Shown one piece after another: positions 1 to 10,148 of a DNA stretch of 56,245 bases; the first letter of the stretch is position 1; every line of letters starts with the position of its first letter. Made by a program: the position numbers and the translations under genes. The notes below the pieces were generated by a model, which did no database searches, was not told where the DNA came from, and saw nothing but the letters and a program-made list of their open reading frames with translations. The stretch is from an uncultured virus (IMG/VR IMGVR_UViG_3300031521_000020) (lineage: Duplodnaviria; Heunggongvirae; Uroviricota; Caudoviricetes): the IMG/VR virus record IMGVR_UViG_3300031521_000020. One strand, written 5' to 3'.

Positions 1-201
1 CTCATATTTTTGTTCTTCAAATATTTTTGATAATTTATCTGCTTTTAATTTCAGGCTTGAACATGTCGTTCTAATACAAGAAACTATGTCACCCAAATGG
101 CCATCTTTTTTATTTATTAAATTCATTAAATTAATAATATCATCCATTATTAAACCACTCTCTTCTGGAAATTCCTGTAGCCCGTTTTGTGTTACTTTCA
201 T
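1..201 (-). CDS. hypothetical protein, truncated by window edge
   Basis: ATG at 201, open to base 1 (MKVTQNGLQEF...). Confidence 0.7.
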   Translation of the reverse strand, partial: MKVTQNGLQEFPEESGLIMDDIINLMNLINKKDGHLGDIVSCIRTTCSSLKLKADKLSKIFEEQKYE

Positions 202-204
202 ATT

Positions 205-633
205 CTATAAATTTTTTAAGTAAATGTAGTACTTGTGGTATTTCTTTAAACGCACAATGTCCTTTTCAGTCAATTCAGGTAATCTTGTAATATCCATATT
301 GTCCTCTAAGTCAGCTAATTTAATCTTAATAGCATCCTTATCCATTGCAACCCTATCAATATAATCTTTATATGGTTCATATTCTTTATGCGTTAAAATA
401 CTAACTAAATTAACAACACGAGGACTTACATATTCACCCAACTTTTCAGGTGTCCAACCTTTTATGTCTTCCAAAAGATCATAACAAAAAGCAGCTTCTT
501 TTAACTCATAATCTTCGCTATAATAGACCATCACTTTATCGGCAACCCTATTTAGATGGTAAACATATGGACTTCCACCCTTATCAACTTTATTACCAAA
601 TGCTTTTGTAACTATTCTAAAAATGTCTTCCAT
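205..633 (-). CDS. HD-domain RelA/SpoT-hydrolase-like (Mesh1-like) protein, HD changed to YD
   Basis: DKGGSPYVYHLNRVA, AAFCYDLLED, IKLADLEDN motifs. Confidence 0.8.
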   Translation of the reverse strand: MEDIFRIVTKAFGNKVDKGGSPYVYHLNRVADKVMVYYSEDYELKEAAFCYDLLEDIKGWTPEKLGEYVSPRVVNLVSILTHKEYEPYKDYIDRVAMDKDAIKIKLADLEDNMDITRLPELTEKDIVRLKKYHKYYIYLKNL

Positions 634-647
634 ATTAATATATTTTA

Positions 648-872
648 TTAAATGCTTTCTTCGTTTCCATAGAACCCTGTATCATAAATTGTGAAATTAA
701 ATTCTGAATATTTACCAACTTCATCTGCATCACCACTTTGTTCAAAACTTCTACGAATAGATCCATTTGAATAAACATTAATAGTACCTAGACATATACA
801 AACCTCTAAAGTTTCGGGCATATTATCAACTACACGTTTTAAACGCCGACACCATTTTTCTTCTTCCGTCAT
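648..872 (-). CDS. hypothetical protein
   Basis: ORF; start moved to MTEEEK to avoid overlap. Confidence 0.7.
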   Translation of the reverse strand: MTEEEKWCRRLKRVVDNMPETLEVCICLGTINVYSNGSIRRSFEQSGDADEVGKYSEFNFTIYDTGFYGNEESI

Positions 873-876
873 AATA

Positions 877-1224
877 TTATTTTTGTGAGTTCTTATTTGA
901 TAATATGGCAAGTTTTCCATCTACATCTAATCTTCCACCCCACCATCCGAGACTAAACCATCCACCATCTAAGGTTCTAACAAAAATAATTTCCTCGTAT
1001 TTTATTTCTATATATTCCGTTTCTAAAAGTCCTTTAACAAAATAGTCTGTTTCTTTAGAATATAACCAATAACACTGTTCAACCTCACTTTTCCAAATAC
1101 AAAGTGTTGTATCATCAATATCTTTAAATGGAATTATCTCTGTAATTTCAACAGTCAACCGTCTACTTTCCCATATTTTTCCATCATCAAAGTAATTGTA
1201 TTTTTTACCTATTTCTATTTCCAT
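877..1224 (-). CDS. hypothetical protein
   Basis: ORF after promoter 1285. Confidence 0.85.
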   Translation of the reverse strand: MEIEIGKKYNYFDDGKIWESRRLTVEITEIIPFKDIDDTTLCIWKSEVEQCYWLYSKETDYFVKGLLETEYIEIKYEEIIFVRTLDGGWFSLGWWGGRLDVDGKLAILSNKNSQK

Positions 1225-1382
1225 ATCAGTATATTTTTTTTACTTAATATTAATCATTTATTTATTTATTTATTGATTAGGCAACAAAGATATTATAAAA
1301 CATTTACTTGTAAAAATTTAATTTGTTAAAATATATTAAAAAACCACAAAATAAAATATAATGTGGTTAAATCAACTAAAAT

Positions 1383-1766
1383 TTAATGTATTTTTGGTTT
1401 GTTTTTTTTTTTCGGGTAAAGCTCTTTGTATTTATCCTTAATGAGATAATAAGATTTTGTCCACCTAATAATCATATACGTAGTCCTTTTATCACCTAAC
1501 TCTCCACATCTAATAATATAAGGAAAGATTAAAGTTGACATTGAATTCGATATATACTGCGCATTCAATCTTGACTTTCCTTTTAAATCTATCATCGAAC
1601 TTAAAATTGAAGATGTACTAACATCAAGTTCTTCAATTAATAAATTCACACCATTTCCATGGATAAAATGATAGCCATTTACCAATATATTCGTAATTTC
1701 AATAATGACTAAGATAATTGAAATATCTATAAGTATCCATAAAATTATAACTTTTATTATTTCCAT
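1383..1766 (-). CDS. hypothetical membrane protein
   Basis: N-terminal hydrophobic helix. Confidence 0.75.
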   Translation of the reverse strand: MEIIKVIILWILIDISIILVIIEITNILVNGYHFIHGNGVNLLIEELDVSTSSILSSMIDLKGKSRLNAQYISNSMSTLIFPYIIRCGELGDKRTTYMIIRWTKSYYLIKDKYKELYPKKKNKPKIH

Positions 1767-1779
1767 ATGTTTATTTATT

Positions 1780-2037
1780 TTAAATTATATGTTCTATTTT
1801 TAAATTTTTCTTTTTATAACAATTTTTTATCATTTTACTTCTTATATGTTGTAATAAAGGTATTGGTAAATTATTCTTTATTATCGTTCGATTATTACCC
1901 TCTATTAATACAAGTGAACCGTGAGTAGGTTTGATAATTTCAAATGGTTTAGGTGGCTTTATATAGCCTGAATTAACCATTTTGAATTCGTTCAATTCAA
2001 TAGCTGTAGGTTCATAGTTAAAATAATCATTCGCCAT
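1780..2037 (-). CDS. hypothetical protein
   Basis: co-oriented ORF. Confidence 0.75.
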   Translation of the reverse strand: MANDYFNYEPTAIELNEFKMVNSGYIKPPKPFEIIKPTHGSLVLIEGNNRTIIKNNLPIPLLQHIRSKMIKNCYKKKNLKIEHII

Positions 2038-2060
2038 AACAATAAAATTTTGATTGTTAA

Positions 2061-2192
2061 TTAATTCATAACAAAATAATACGTATCATCTTTCAACTGT
2101 TGTTGAGTTGAATTTTTAAGTATATCATTTACAAAATCCACATTTGTTTGAGCTATAAAGTTCAAAGTCTGTACCATATATATTTTTCTCAT
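2061..2192 (-). CDS. small hypothetical protein (43 aa)
   Basis: fills gap; MRKIYMVQ... Confidence 0.55.
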   Translation of the reverse strand: MRKIYMVQTLNFIAQTNVDFVNDILKNSTQQQLKDDTYYFVMN

Positions 2193-2197
2193 ATTAT

Positions 2198-2365
2198 TTA
2201 AAATTTTACAATCACATTCCCACCGTATTCCTTTAATGCCTCTTCCAACTTCGTAGCAAATTCACAGGTGAGGGCAGTATCTAAATCCTGATACACTACT
2301 GGTAGAGGGAAAAGTCCTTCAATGATAATTTCATCAGTTTCTGTTTTTCTAAATGTTAATTCCAT
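2198..2365 (-). CDS. small hypothetical protein (55 aa)
   Basis: fills gap; MELTFRKT... Confidence 0.65.
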   Translation of the reverse strand: MELTFRKTETDEIIIEGLFPLPVVYQDLDTALTCEFATKLEEALKEYGGNVIVKF

Positions 2366-2381
2366 ATTATTTTGATTTTAA

Positions 2382-2564
2382 TTAAAATGCGTCGATTATT
2401 ACCCCATTAAATGTAGTTGCATATGTTTTGGCAGTCCAATAACTCATTTTTGTTGTTGTTTTACCATCTGAATATTTAACTCTGAATTTCCCTTTAGAAT
2501 CGTTATCTATTCGACTAGCATAATCAAATAGTTTATAGTAATTTCTTTTCAAAAATCTAATCAT
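2382..2564 (-). CDS. hypothetical protein
   Basis: co-oriented ORF. Confidence 0.7.
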   Translation of the reverse strand: MIRFLKRNYYKLFDYASRIDNDSKGKFRVKYSDGKTTTKMSYWTAKTYATTFNGVIIDAF

Positions 2565-2574
2565 TATATTATAA

Positions 2575-2772
2575 TTAATTTAAAAAGGTTAAAATTACAT
2601 AACCAAAAATTTTACCAAGTATAACACCAAATAAAACTATAAAAATTAATTTATAAAATGTTTCTAATACCTGTTTACTACTTTCATATTTTCTATCAAT
2701 ATAATCGTCTTCTGTTTCAATTGCTCTTTTTATCATATTTTTAATGTATAAATTAAACCGCACCCGATACAT
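2575..2772 (-). CDS. small membrane protein
   Basis: C-terminal hydrophobic helix; start uncertain. Confidence 0.6.
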   Translation of the reverse strand: MYRVRFNLYIKNMIKRAIETEDDYIDRKYESSKQVLETFYKLIFIVLFGVILGKIFGYVILTFLN

Positions 2773-2861
2773 ACACCTAATACAGCATAAGCTATAAAAA
2801 CAATCAACCTAATAATTCCTATTTTAATTTTAAAATATATTTCTTTGTTCATATAATACCA

Positions 2862-3164
2862 TTAATTACTACCTATCAAAGCTCCAAGCAAAAAGAACAT
2901 AACACAAATACAAAGAAAAAGAAAAATATCAATCGAAAAACCACTATCTATTTCAGAATCAGCTTTATATTTTAATAAATTAGTTTTTGCATCAAAAATA
3001 TAAACACTATGCCGTTCATATGCAACCGTTACAGTTGTATCTTTTGGTAAATGCTGTAAATAACTTGTTGTTTCCTTTGCTGGATTAGTTACTGATTTAT
3101 TAACATCCTCATAACAAGATGATAGGGAGAAAGCCAAGGCTAATACTAATAATAATTTCTTCAT
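2862..3164 (-). CDS. putative lipoprotein with C-terminal TM
   Basis: MKKLLLVLALAFSLSS-C lipobox. Confidence 0.75.
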   Translation of the reverse strand: MKKLLLVLALAFSLSSCYEDVNKSVTNPAKETTSYLQHLPKDTTVTVAYERHSVYIFDAKTNLLKYKADSEIDSGFSIDIFLFLCICVMFFLLGALIGSN

Positions 3165-3193
3165 TTTCTTACATTTATTTTTTAATGGTTATT

Positions 3194-3475
3194 TTAATTT
3201 AAATATGATTTTATTTGTTTAACAATATCTTTTGGGACTATAAAATTATATGTAGATTTAATTTCTTCGTTTTCTTTATATGGTTTAATTGAAAACTTTT
3301 CTTTACATATTAATTTTCTTGTTTCTAAATTCAAAATACCTAATCTATTTTCAAAATTACAACCCATAATACTTATTGTTACATCTACAACATCGTTAAC
3401 TATTTCTTGACATTTAACATCAAGAATTAAATTTAATTCCCAGTTATTTAGTTGAAAGTTGAAATTCGTTTTCAT
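3194..3475 (-). CDS. hypothetical protein
   Basis: ORF after promoter 3499. Confidence 0.75.
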   Translation of the reverse strand: MKTNFNFQLNNWELNLILDVKCQEIVNDVVDVTISIMGCNFENRLGILNLETRKLICKEKFSIKPYKENEEIKSTYNFIVPKDIVKQIKSYLN

Positions 3476-3535
3476 ATATTAATTATAATTTTTTTGTACA
3501 AATGTACTAACATTTTATTTATAAAGCAAGTTGAT

Positions 3536-3934
3536 TTAGTTAAAATAATTTTTTAAATTAAAAAACTGTTTAAATTTATATCTATCCCAAAATCTCCAAT
3601 AAAAATGTTTTATTTTTTTACATCTATATTCTATTACCATTCGATGATTTTCAGATAAATTTTGATCAAATTTCATTTCAGAATATATTGAGACAATCTT
3701 AAATTCAGTATTATTAAAGTTTTTGATTTTTTCTTTATTATCAGCAATTATTGAATCAACAAATGTAGTTTTATATTCTTTCGATAATTCTGATATTGTC
3801 TTTGGGTATAAATCCGAAACTGAAAACCAAAACCTATACCCTTTCTTAAAAATTGGTGCTGTTTGGTAATCATAAATTGTCGTAATACATGTTTCCGCTT
3901 TATCGTTCAAATAAAAGGTCAAATTTGTTTTCAT
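3536..3934 (-). CDS. hypothetical protein
   Basis: co-oriented ORF. Confidence 0.8.
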   Translation of the reverse strand: MKTNLTFYLNDKAETCITTIYDYQTAPIFKKGYRFWFSVSDLYPKTISELSKEYKTTFVDSIIADNKEKIKNFNNTEFKIVSIYSEMKFDQNLSENHRMVIEYRCKKIKHFYWRFWDRYKFKQFFNLKNYFN

Positions 3935-4066
3935 AATTTAATTTGTTTTAATTGGTGTAATACAACTAATTTTAATTATTGAACCATCATCATTAATCAA
4001 TTCCAATATTTCTATTTGTCTTTTTGATAACTTTATAGTATTCATAGTTAGCTTGTTTTTTTAAGG

Positions 4067-4080
4067 TACTCAATTGAGTA
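4067..4080. repeat. TACTC-N4-GAGTA palindrome 1
   Basis: TACTCAATTGAGTA, intergenic. Confidence 0.85.
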
Positions 4081-4094
4081 TTATTATTATTTAA

Positions 4095-4892
4095 TTATCT
4101 AAGTTTCATTTGATTATAAAATTCAAACTCATGGTCGTTAACACATTGGTATTTGATAAGTTTCATTCCGTCTTTGTTGGCTTTTTCTTGCAGTTCAGCA
4201 TCACAACCATATAATTTTTCAATCTCTTCTGTCCATGACATAGTAAACGCACCTGTGATTAAATTAAGCCAAACATATTTATATTGGTAACTTTCCTGTA
4301 CATCAAGAAACTCACTTACAGATACACCAACATTATCATATTCAGCAGATTTTGCCCAATCTTCCAAAACCTTTTCTCTTGATGTTATTCTGAAATATTC
4401 TTTTAAATCTTCCACCATATTATTAATTGACTTTGGTTTTTCCTCGATAACATCTTCCACAGGAATACCCCATTTTTTACAATCATCCAATATGGATTCT
4501 GATGTTGAATCTCTCATGAACTCTTCCATTTTATCCAACATTTTTTCGTTTTTGATAATTGGTGTTATTTTTTTGTTATTTTCAGATTCCCAAATGTAAA
4601 CTATTTCTCCATCTGTTAATGTTCTCAATAAACTACAATTACCAATATATGTTTCTTGTAAATTAACTTTTTTCATAGTATTAGTTATTCCACTCCACCA
4701 CTCCAATGCTTTTTTAATTTTATTATCAACATACACATATTCAGTTCTTATTTCTGAAAGTGCCGTCACGTTGCTATCAACAAATACACGATTATCATTA
4801 TCAACAACACGAATTGTATATAGCGTATCATTTTCGCTTAATAACCGAAATTCATCACCTATTTTCAATGAGTTTAATAATACTTTTTCCAT
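4095..4892 (-). CDS. hypothetical mosaic protein
   Basis: 265-aa ORF with internal repeated module. Confidence 0.85.
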   Translation of the reverse strand: MEKVLLNSLKIGDEFRLLSENDTLYTIRVVDNDNRVFVDSNVTALSEIRTEYVYVDNKIKKALEWWSGITNTMKKVNLQETYIGNCSLLRTLTDGEIVYIWESENNKKITPIIKNEKMLDKMEEFMRDSTSESILDDCKKWGIPVEDVIEEKPKSINNMVEDLKEYFRITSREKVLEDWAKSAEYDNVGVSVSEFLDVQESYQYKYVWLNLITGAFTMSWTEEIEKLYGCDAELQEKANKDGMKLIKYQCVNDHEFEFYNQMKLR

Positions 4893-4905
4893 ATTAAATT
4901 ATATT

Positions 4906-5397
4906 TTATTTTAAAAGGTTTTTAATTTCTTCAACTACTTCATTTGGTATCTCTTGACACCACCAACCGATACCATATCTAAAATCGCCATCTTCATATA
5001 TTCCAATTGATTTAAGATAATTACATTCTTGTTCATAAGCCCATATACCACCCATATTATTTTCTTTACGGAATAGTTCAATTGCTTCGCATTGTGTCTT
5101 AGAACCCGACTTTAAATCATTCAGATTCCATTTATTATATAAAATAGAAATAGTTTCTAACAAAGGATTTTTAATAAATGTTTTTAATTCAGAAAATAAA
5201 TTACCTCCTGCAATTATATCTGTTTTCCTACCATTCCAAACGCCACAACTACAGCTAAAACACCACATCAATTCTATTTCGTTTGTTTCAAAGTTTTTGC
5301 ATTTCTTTTCGAATAATTCAACTTCAACCAAAACAGTGTTAACTCTTTTACCAATACTATTGTAGTCAATTTTTCCAAAATCAAATTCTTTTTTCAT
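4906..5397 (-). CDS. hypothetical phage protein
   Basis: ORF after promoter 5430. Confidence 0.85.
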   Translation of the reverse strand: MKKEFDFGKIDYNSIGKRVNTVLVEVELFEKKCKNFETNEIELMWCFSCSCGVWNGRKTDIIAGGNLFSELKTFIKNPLLETISILYNKWNLNDLKSGSKTQCEAIELFRKENNMGGIWAYEQECNYLKSIGIYEDGDFRYGIGWWCQEIPNEVVEEIKNLLK

Positions 5398-5470
5398 ATT
5401 CTATTTCTTTATTTGTTTTAATTATGACACAAAGATAAGCTATTTTAGTCTGTTTTGGAAATCAAATTTG

Positions 5471-5554
5471 TTAAAGTACTATTTGATCTATTGTTTTCGT
5501 GATTGACCCCTTACTAACTACATATTTCTTTTTTCCATTGATAAAAAAATCCAT
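5471..5554 (-). CDS. 27-aa peptide
   Basis: MDFFINGKKK...; stop is the promoter TTAA. Confidence 0.45.
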   Translation of the reverse strand: MDFFINGKKKYVVSKGSITKTIDQIVL

Positions 5555-5571
5555 AGTATTTAAGTTTAAGA

Positions 5572-5772
5572 TTATTTTTCCAACTCTTTGTTTAATTCAT
5601 CAATCATATCCATACTAACACATAACAAATTATCATAGTTTCCTGATTTTGCTTCTGTAATGTAAGCATCTATTTCTTCCTGACTTTTACCCTCACTTCT
5701 CATAGCACCACTAACATATCCCATTATACTAAATGCGTTACCATCAATACCCATTAACTCATATTTTTCCAT
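5572..5772 (-). CDS. conserved hypothetical phage protein
   Basis: DGNAF...EAKSGNYDNLL motif recalled from uncharacterised phage proteins. Confidence 0.85.
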   Translation of the reverse strand: MEKYELMGIDGNAFSIMGYVSGAMRSEGKSQEEIDAYITEAKSGNYDNLLCVSMDMIDELNKELEK

Positions 5773-5847
5773 AACCTTATTTATTTAAATTGTTTATTAA
5801 TTTTTATAATACAAAGATAGTTTATTTGAACAATAGTTACAAATGAA

Positions 5848-6393
5848 TTATGTTAAAGGAAACATATTTGTGATTAAAATTTCAGAAAGATAAATACTGT
5901 TATTACCATTATGACCTTTTTTATTGGTGTCATTATCAAAATCATTTTTAATACCACTCAAAAGTTCATTTAATGTATTTTTTGGGTTTGATTCTGATAT
6001 TAATACGTTTAAACACGTAGTAAAACACTTATCTTTTATTTGATAATTAATTATATATTGTTTTTTCATAATTTTACAAAAGTTAATTACATCCGAAAAA
6101 TTTTTAGCATCTGTTGTTTTAACTCCAACATATTTTGCTTTAAAATAGTTTTCAATTATCACATAATTAACAACTGTAGATATTGGATTATAAAAACATA
6201 TTAACTTACCATAAAGATTAATGAAACTAAAGGTTAAAAAAATAGGCTTTCCACCAAATTCACCAATAATTTCACCAAAACCATCACGTATTTCTTCCCA
6301 TTCTGTTTTAGTATGATATTCTTTCCACAAAGAATGTTGTTCAAAACTTGTTGCTTCAACAAAGTAAACAACTGAATTCATTTTATCTCTCAT
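5848..6393 (-). CDS. hypothetical protein, possible two-gene fusion
   Basis: internal MKKQ start at 6069. Confidence 0.75.
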   Translation of the reverse strand: MRDKMNSVVYFVEATSFEQHSLWKEYHTKTEWEEIRDGFGEIIGEFGGKPIFLTFSFINLYGKLICFYNPISTVVNYVIIENYFKAKYVGVKTTDAKNFSDVINFCKIMKKQYIINYQIKDKCFTTCLNVLISESNPKNTLNELLSGIKNDFDNDTNKKGHNGNNSIYLSEILITNMFPLT

Positions 6394-6404
6394 AATAACA
6401 TATA

Positions 6405-6608
6405 TTATTTATTATCAGTTACAGAATTAAACCAATATATACCAACAAATAAAGCACCCATACCCGTACAAAACACCGTGTAAGCTATTCTACCATCTTC
6501 ACTCCAACGGCTCATATCCCAATTAAATGGAACTATACCGCTAATCAAATAGGTAATCAACCAAGTAACTACAAATATTAAAACTGAACTCCAAAATCTA
6601 TTTTTCAT
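6405..6608 (-). CDS. small 2-TM membrane protein
   Basis: two hydrophobic helices. Confidence 0.75.
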   Translation of the reverse strand: MKNRFWSSVLIFVVTWLITYLISGIVPFNWDMSRWSEDGRIAYTVFCTGMGALFVGIYWFNSVTDNK

Positions 6609-6611
6609 GAT

Positions 6612-6977
6612 TTATTTTGTTTTTAAGTACCAATCCAAAAATTCAACAACCGCAACCCAAGTGTTAATTAACATACTTTCACCACGTACACCACTAAATT
6701 TCATAGGTTTTTTACCAACTTCAATACTTGAACCATGATTCGTTATTTCAATAAATGGAGTATACCCATCAATTTTAAGTTTTATTATTTTTTCAACTAT
6801 TGACATCAAAGTATCATAAGATAAATGGTATGTAACCGACCTGAAAGGTAGTATATAGTCACCCTCGATACTCCTCCAAGCATAAACATCGAGACATTTT
6901 ACAAACCCAGCAAATTCTAATATCAACCCACTACCTACTTCAATTTCTTTTTCTTCTAATTTTCCGTCTGTTGTCAT
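6612..6977 (-). CDS. hypothetical phage protein, paralog of 13364..13708
   Basis: ILEFAG...YHLSYDTLMSIVEKI. Confidence 0.8.
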   Translation of the reverse strand: MTTDGKLEEKEIEVGSGLILEFAGFVKCLDVYAWRSIEGDYILPFRSVTYHLSYDTLMSIVEKIIKLKIDGYTPFIEITNHGSSIEVGKKPMKFSGVRGESMLINTWVAVVEFLDWYLKTK

Positions 6978-6984
6978 AATATAT

Positions 6985-7173
6985 TTATTTATTAAATGTT
7001 TTATTATATTCAGTAATTAAAGAATCTTGTTCATTGTATAATTCTTCAACACTCTTTTTAATCAACTGTTGAAAATCATAATGTGAATTATAAAGAGGGT
7101 TAATTTTACTTTTCATTGTTTGAATGTTAATAACAACGCTCATCATTTCAGGATTTGTTTTTAGTACGCTCAT
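6985..7173 (-). CDS. hypothetical protein
   Basis: ORF after promoter 7202. Confidence 0.7.
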   Translation of the reverse strand: MSVLKTNPEMMSVVINIQTMKSKINPLYNSHYDFQQLIKKSVEELYNEQDSLITEYNKTFNK

Positions 7174-7272
7174 TATGTTTATTGTTTTTAAAATTATGAT
7201 ACAAAAATAGCTAAATCCGATGTAATATACAAATGGATTTAGCTAAAATATGTTAATTAAAATTATATTTTA

Positions 7273-8100
7273 TTATTTTACTGGATATGTCATTGGTACT
7301 CCTGACCCACCACCGAATATAATGGTAACATTATCATGATCTTTAATTAACTCAACTTTTTCCTTTTCAATTTCAAGTTGCCTTAGGTGAAGATATTCAT
7401 TAACACTCATACCCATTTGATTTTGGTATGATTTATCAGCAATAGCTTTATTTATTTCGGCTTGTTTTCTTGAAAGCTCGGCTGTAGCCCTTGCATTTTG
7501 GGTTAATACACTTTGATTTTGTGCTGCTGTTAATTTTGTTTCAGTTAATACTTGTTCAGGTGGTGTAATTGCACCGATTGAAACTTGTAGAATTTTGACA
7601 GGAATATTTAATTTTTTAGCGTATGCCGATAAGTCTTTGAAAATATCACTTTCTAATTTAGATGAAATGTCTCGTTTACTTGCCAAGTCAAACATTTTAA
7701 AAGCACTTGCCTTATCTCTAACCATCGTTCTAAATGTTGCCTGTAGGCTGTGTTCATACCACTTAGCACCAAAATTTTGATATAAATACGGTGTTTTACC
7801 TTGTTGTATTTGGACTTTCAAATAAACTGAAAAGGAAACAGGTGTATTATCCGATGGAATCATATTCTTAAAATCTTCGGTAATGGTAGTTGGTGTAATC
7901 TGAAATTCATAATGATCTGTAGTTACAACACACCAAATAGAACCTGTTGGGATAGGAGTAGTATCAACCCCACCATCACCAAAAATCATAGGTTTATACA
8001 CTAACACACTCTCTTCACCTGCATTTGGTGAAACCCGATAGCAACTGTTCATTGTAAACATTAATACAGTTAGAAAAATAATCGAAAATACTTTTTTCAT
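7273..8100 (-). CDS. SPFH/Band 7 (prohibitin-like) lipoprotein
   Basis: lipobox TMNS-C, band-7-like core (ILQVSIGAITPPEQV), Ala/Gln-rich coiled-coil tail. Confidence 0.85.
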   Translation of the reverse strand: MKKVFSIIFLTVLMFTMNSCYRVSPNAGEESVLVYKPMIFGDGGVDTTPIPTGSIWCVVTTDHYEFQITPTTITEDFKNMIPSDNTPVSFSVYLKVQIQQGKTPYLYQNFGAKWYEHSLQATFRTMVRDKASAFKMFDLASKRDISSKLESDIFKDLSAYAKKLNIPVKILQVSIGAITPPEQVLTETKLTAAQNQSVLTQNARATAELSRKQAEINKAIADKSYQNQMGMSVNEYLHLRQLEIEKEKVELIKDHDNVTIIFGGGSGVPMTYPVK

Positions 8101-8208
8101 AAATTCTTGTTTTTTTTAATAATTATTTATTTGTTTTTAATTAATTTTGATATGCAAAGATACTATAATAGTTTTAACCGTGAAAATGGAATTTGTTAAA
8201 TAATATAT

Positions 8209-8478
8209 CTATTTTTTTAATATGAACGTTGTGTCTTTTACTGAAACAACATTATCAATTTTTTGATAGTTTATAACCATTTTATAAGTTGGTTTACCCT
8301 TTAACACATTTGATTCACCAGTTCTAGTACCAACGAAAAAACCTAATATTGATACGGTTATTACAAGTAATATTATAAAAAGAAAGATTAAGAATACGTT
8401 TTTCTCTTTAACGATTAGATATGTTAATATTCCAATCACCAACGAATATATTAGACATAAAATAGTAATTATTTCCAT
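8209..8478 (-). CDS. 2-TM protein, paralog of 19079..19360
   Basis: LKG..Y.M.I.Y..ID....DT motif. Confidence 0.8.
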   Translation of the reverse strand: MEIITILCLIYSLVIGILTYLIVKEKNVFLIFLFIILLVITVSILGFFVGTRTGESNVLKGKPTYKMVINYQKIDNVVSVKDTTFILKK

Positions 8479-8508
8479 ATTTTTAATTTATTTATTTTTA
8501 AAATGTTT

Positions 8509-8781
8509 TTACCAAGTCGGAAAATTTATATTTTCATAATCAATTTCATACAACCGCAACCAAGTAATGTTTTTATTATTTTTCTGATATGAAATATGAT
8601 TAGATAAACCAAAGAAAAACTCACCTCGTTCTACTATTGCGTAAAGCTTACCATCAATTAATCCGTGGGTAGCTGCTGTTTCATAATCAAATTCATTATC
8701 AAATGTAGGTACGTATTTACGAACCTTTTCAACTTGTTGTTTCTTTATTAAAATTGTAATATCAATATTTGTTGCTCCCAT
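8509..8781 (-). CDS. hypothetical protein
   Basis: co-oriented ORF. Confidence 0.75.
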   Translation of the reverse strand: MGATNIDITILIKKQQVEKVRKYVPTFDNEFDYETAATHGLIDGKLYAIVERGEFFFGLSNHISYQKNNKNITWLRLYEIDYENINFPTW

Positions 8782-8911
8782 GATTAAATAAATTTTTTAG
8801 TTGTTATTACTATTTGAATATTAATTCGTTTTCAGTTAAGTTTTCATATAAAAACCCAAATAATTAATAATAAATTGATTGGTAAAAATGATAATTTTTT
8901 TATTTATATAT

Positions 8912-9163
8912 TTAGTCTTCGAAATACATTTTTTCAAACGGACAAATTAAAAATTCTTTAACAAATCCATATTGTTTATCTTTTGGAAACGAATCTAAAA
9001 CTTGCCTTATTCTATCATTGTCAGTTAAAATGAATCCACCTGTGATAAACTGTTCTCCATTTATATCAATAACTTTCAAATGATTAGTTTTATTAACGCT
9101 ATTAGCCAATAGTTCAACAATTTCATAACCATCGGTTTCAGGTGTAATATGTAGTACTTTCAT
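8912..9163 (-). CDS. hypothetical protein
   Basis: co-oriented ORF. Confidence 0.75.
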   Translation of the reverse strand: MKVLHITPETDGYEIVELLANSVNKTNHLKVIDINGEQFITGGFILTDNDRIRQVLDSFPKDKQYGFVKEFLICPFEKMYFED

Positions 9164-9186
9164 ATATTTATTTTTAAATGTTTCAA

Positions 9187-9456
9187 TTAATAAACAACAA
9201 CTTCCTGAACATAAATGGTAGTAGTATCGGTATCATCCTCATCATCTTTATCAAAAGTCACAAGAATTTCAAACGTACCTTCTTGTCCAAATCCATAATC
9301 ATTCATATCCAAATCTATTTCAGTTGGAATTTCACAATCAAAATGTTCAGTCAAAGCTATTTTAGCTTTTTCATTTAATTCAGTGCTATTGTAAGCCGAT
9401 ATAACTGCAACTGCAACGTTATCTGATTCTGTTAGTAAAAAATATTTTATTTCCAT
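9187..9456 (-). CDS. acidic hypothetical protein
   Basis: ORF after promoter 9484. Confidence 0.8.
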   Translation of the reverse strand: MEIKYFLLTESDNVAVAVISAYNSTELNEKAKIALTEHFDCEIPTEIDLDMNDYGFGQEGTFEILVTFDKDDEDDTDTTTIYVQEVVVY

Positions 9457-9524
9457 ATTATTTGTTTAAATTAATTTCTAATACAAAGATAGTAGTTTTA
9501 TTTTAATAGTAGAAATGAAATTTG

Positions 9525-9773
9525 TTAAATTACAACTTGTTTGATTGTATCGGTAATTGATTCTTTAACAATAACAATTAATCCTCGACTATCATCCGTA
9601 CTATCTATTAATTCAGCATCAGCATTTTCAAATCCTAATTCAAGAACTTGTTTACAAGCTTCAAACATAGCAGGAACTATAACATCTTTAATCATTCTAT
9701 CAGCAATTGACCAACCTTTTTCAACTGCAATATCATCTAATATTTCCTGTAAATTAATTTTCTTTGTTTCCAT
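9525..9773 (-). CDS. hypothetical protein
   Basis: stop in promoter TTAA. Confidence 0.8.
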   Translation of the reverse strand: METKKINLQEILDDIAVEKGWSIADRMIKDVIVPAMFEACKQVLELGFENADAELIDSTDDSRGLIVIVKESITDTIKQVVI

Positions 9774-9797
9774 AATAATTATTTTATTTTTTTGTCA

Positions 9798-10067
9798 TCA
9801 ATAAAGTTCTCTTTTTATAAATGCTTCCATTTCATCAATATATTCTAAATCTTCTCCCCACATTACACTCTCATATTCAAGCTCAAATTTATCTGTTAAG
9901 TCTTCTGAAAGATTATATAAACCTCCAGTACCACGTGTTTTTACTACATCCCAAGCTTTACCAACATCATCTGAATGACTAAGTTGTTGTTCTATTGCCA
10001 TCACTATTTTATAATGTGCTTCCAACCAATCCGTAAATCCATTTGGAAAATCTTTTTCTGTTTTCAT
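9798..10067 (-). CDS. hypothetical protein
   Basis: ORF after promoter 10104. Confidence 0.8.
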   Translation of the reverse strand: MKTEKDFPNGFTDWLEAHYKIVMAIEQQLSHSDDVGKAWDVVKTRGTGGLYNLSEDLTDKFELEYESVMWGEDLEYIDEMEAFIKRELY

Positions 10068-10148
10068 ATATTACAAAATGTTATTTAGTTAAATTTTGAT
10101 ACACAAAGATAATAGTTTTTATTGGTTTAATAAAATGTAAATTGTTAA

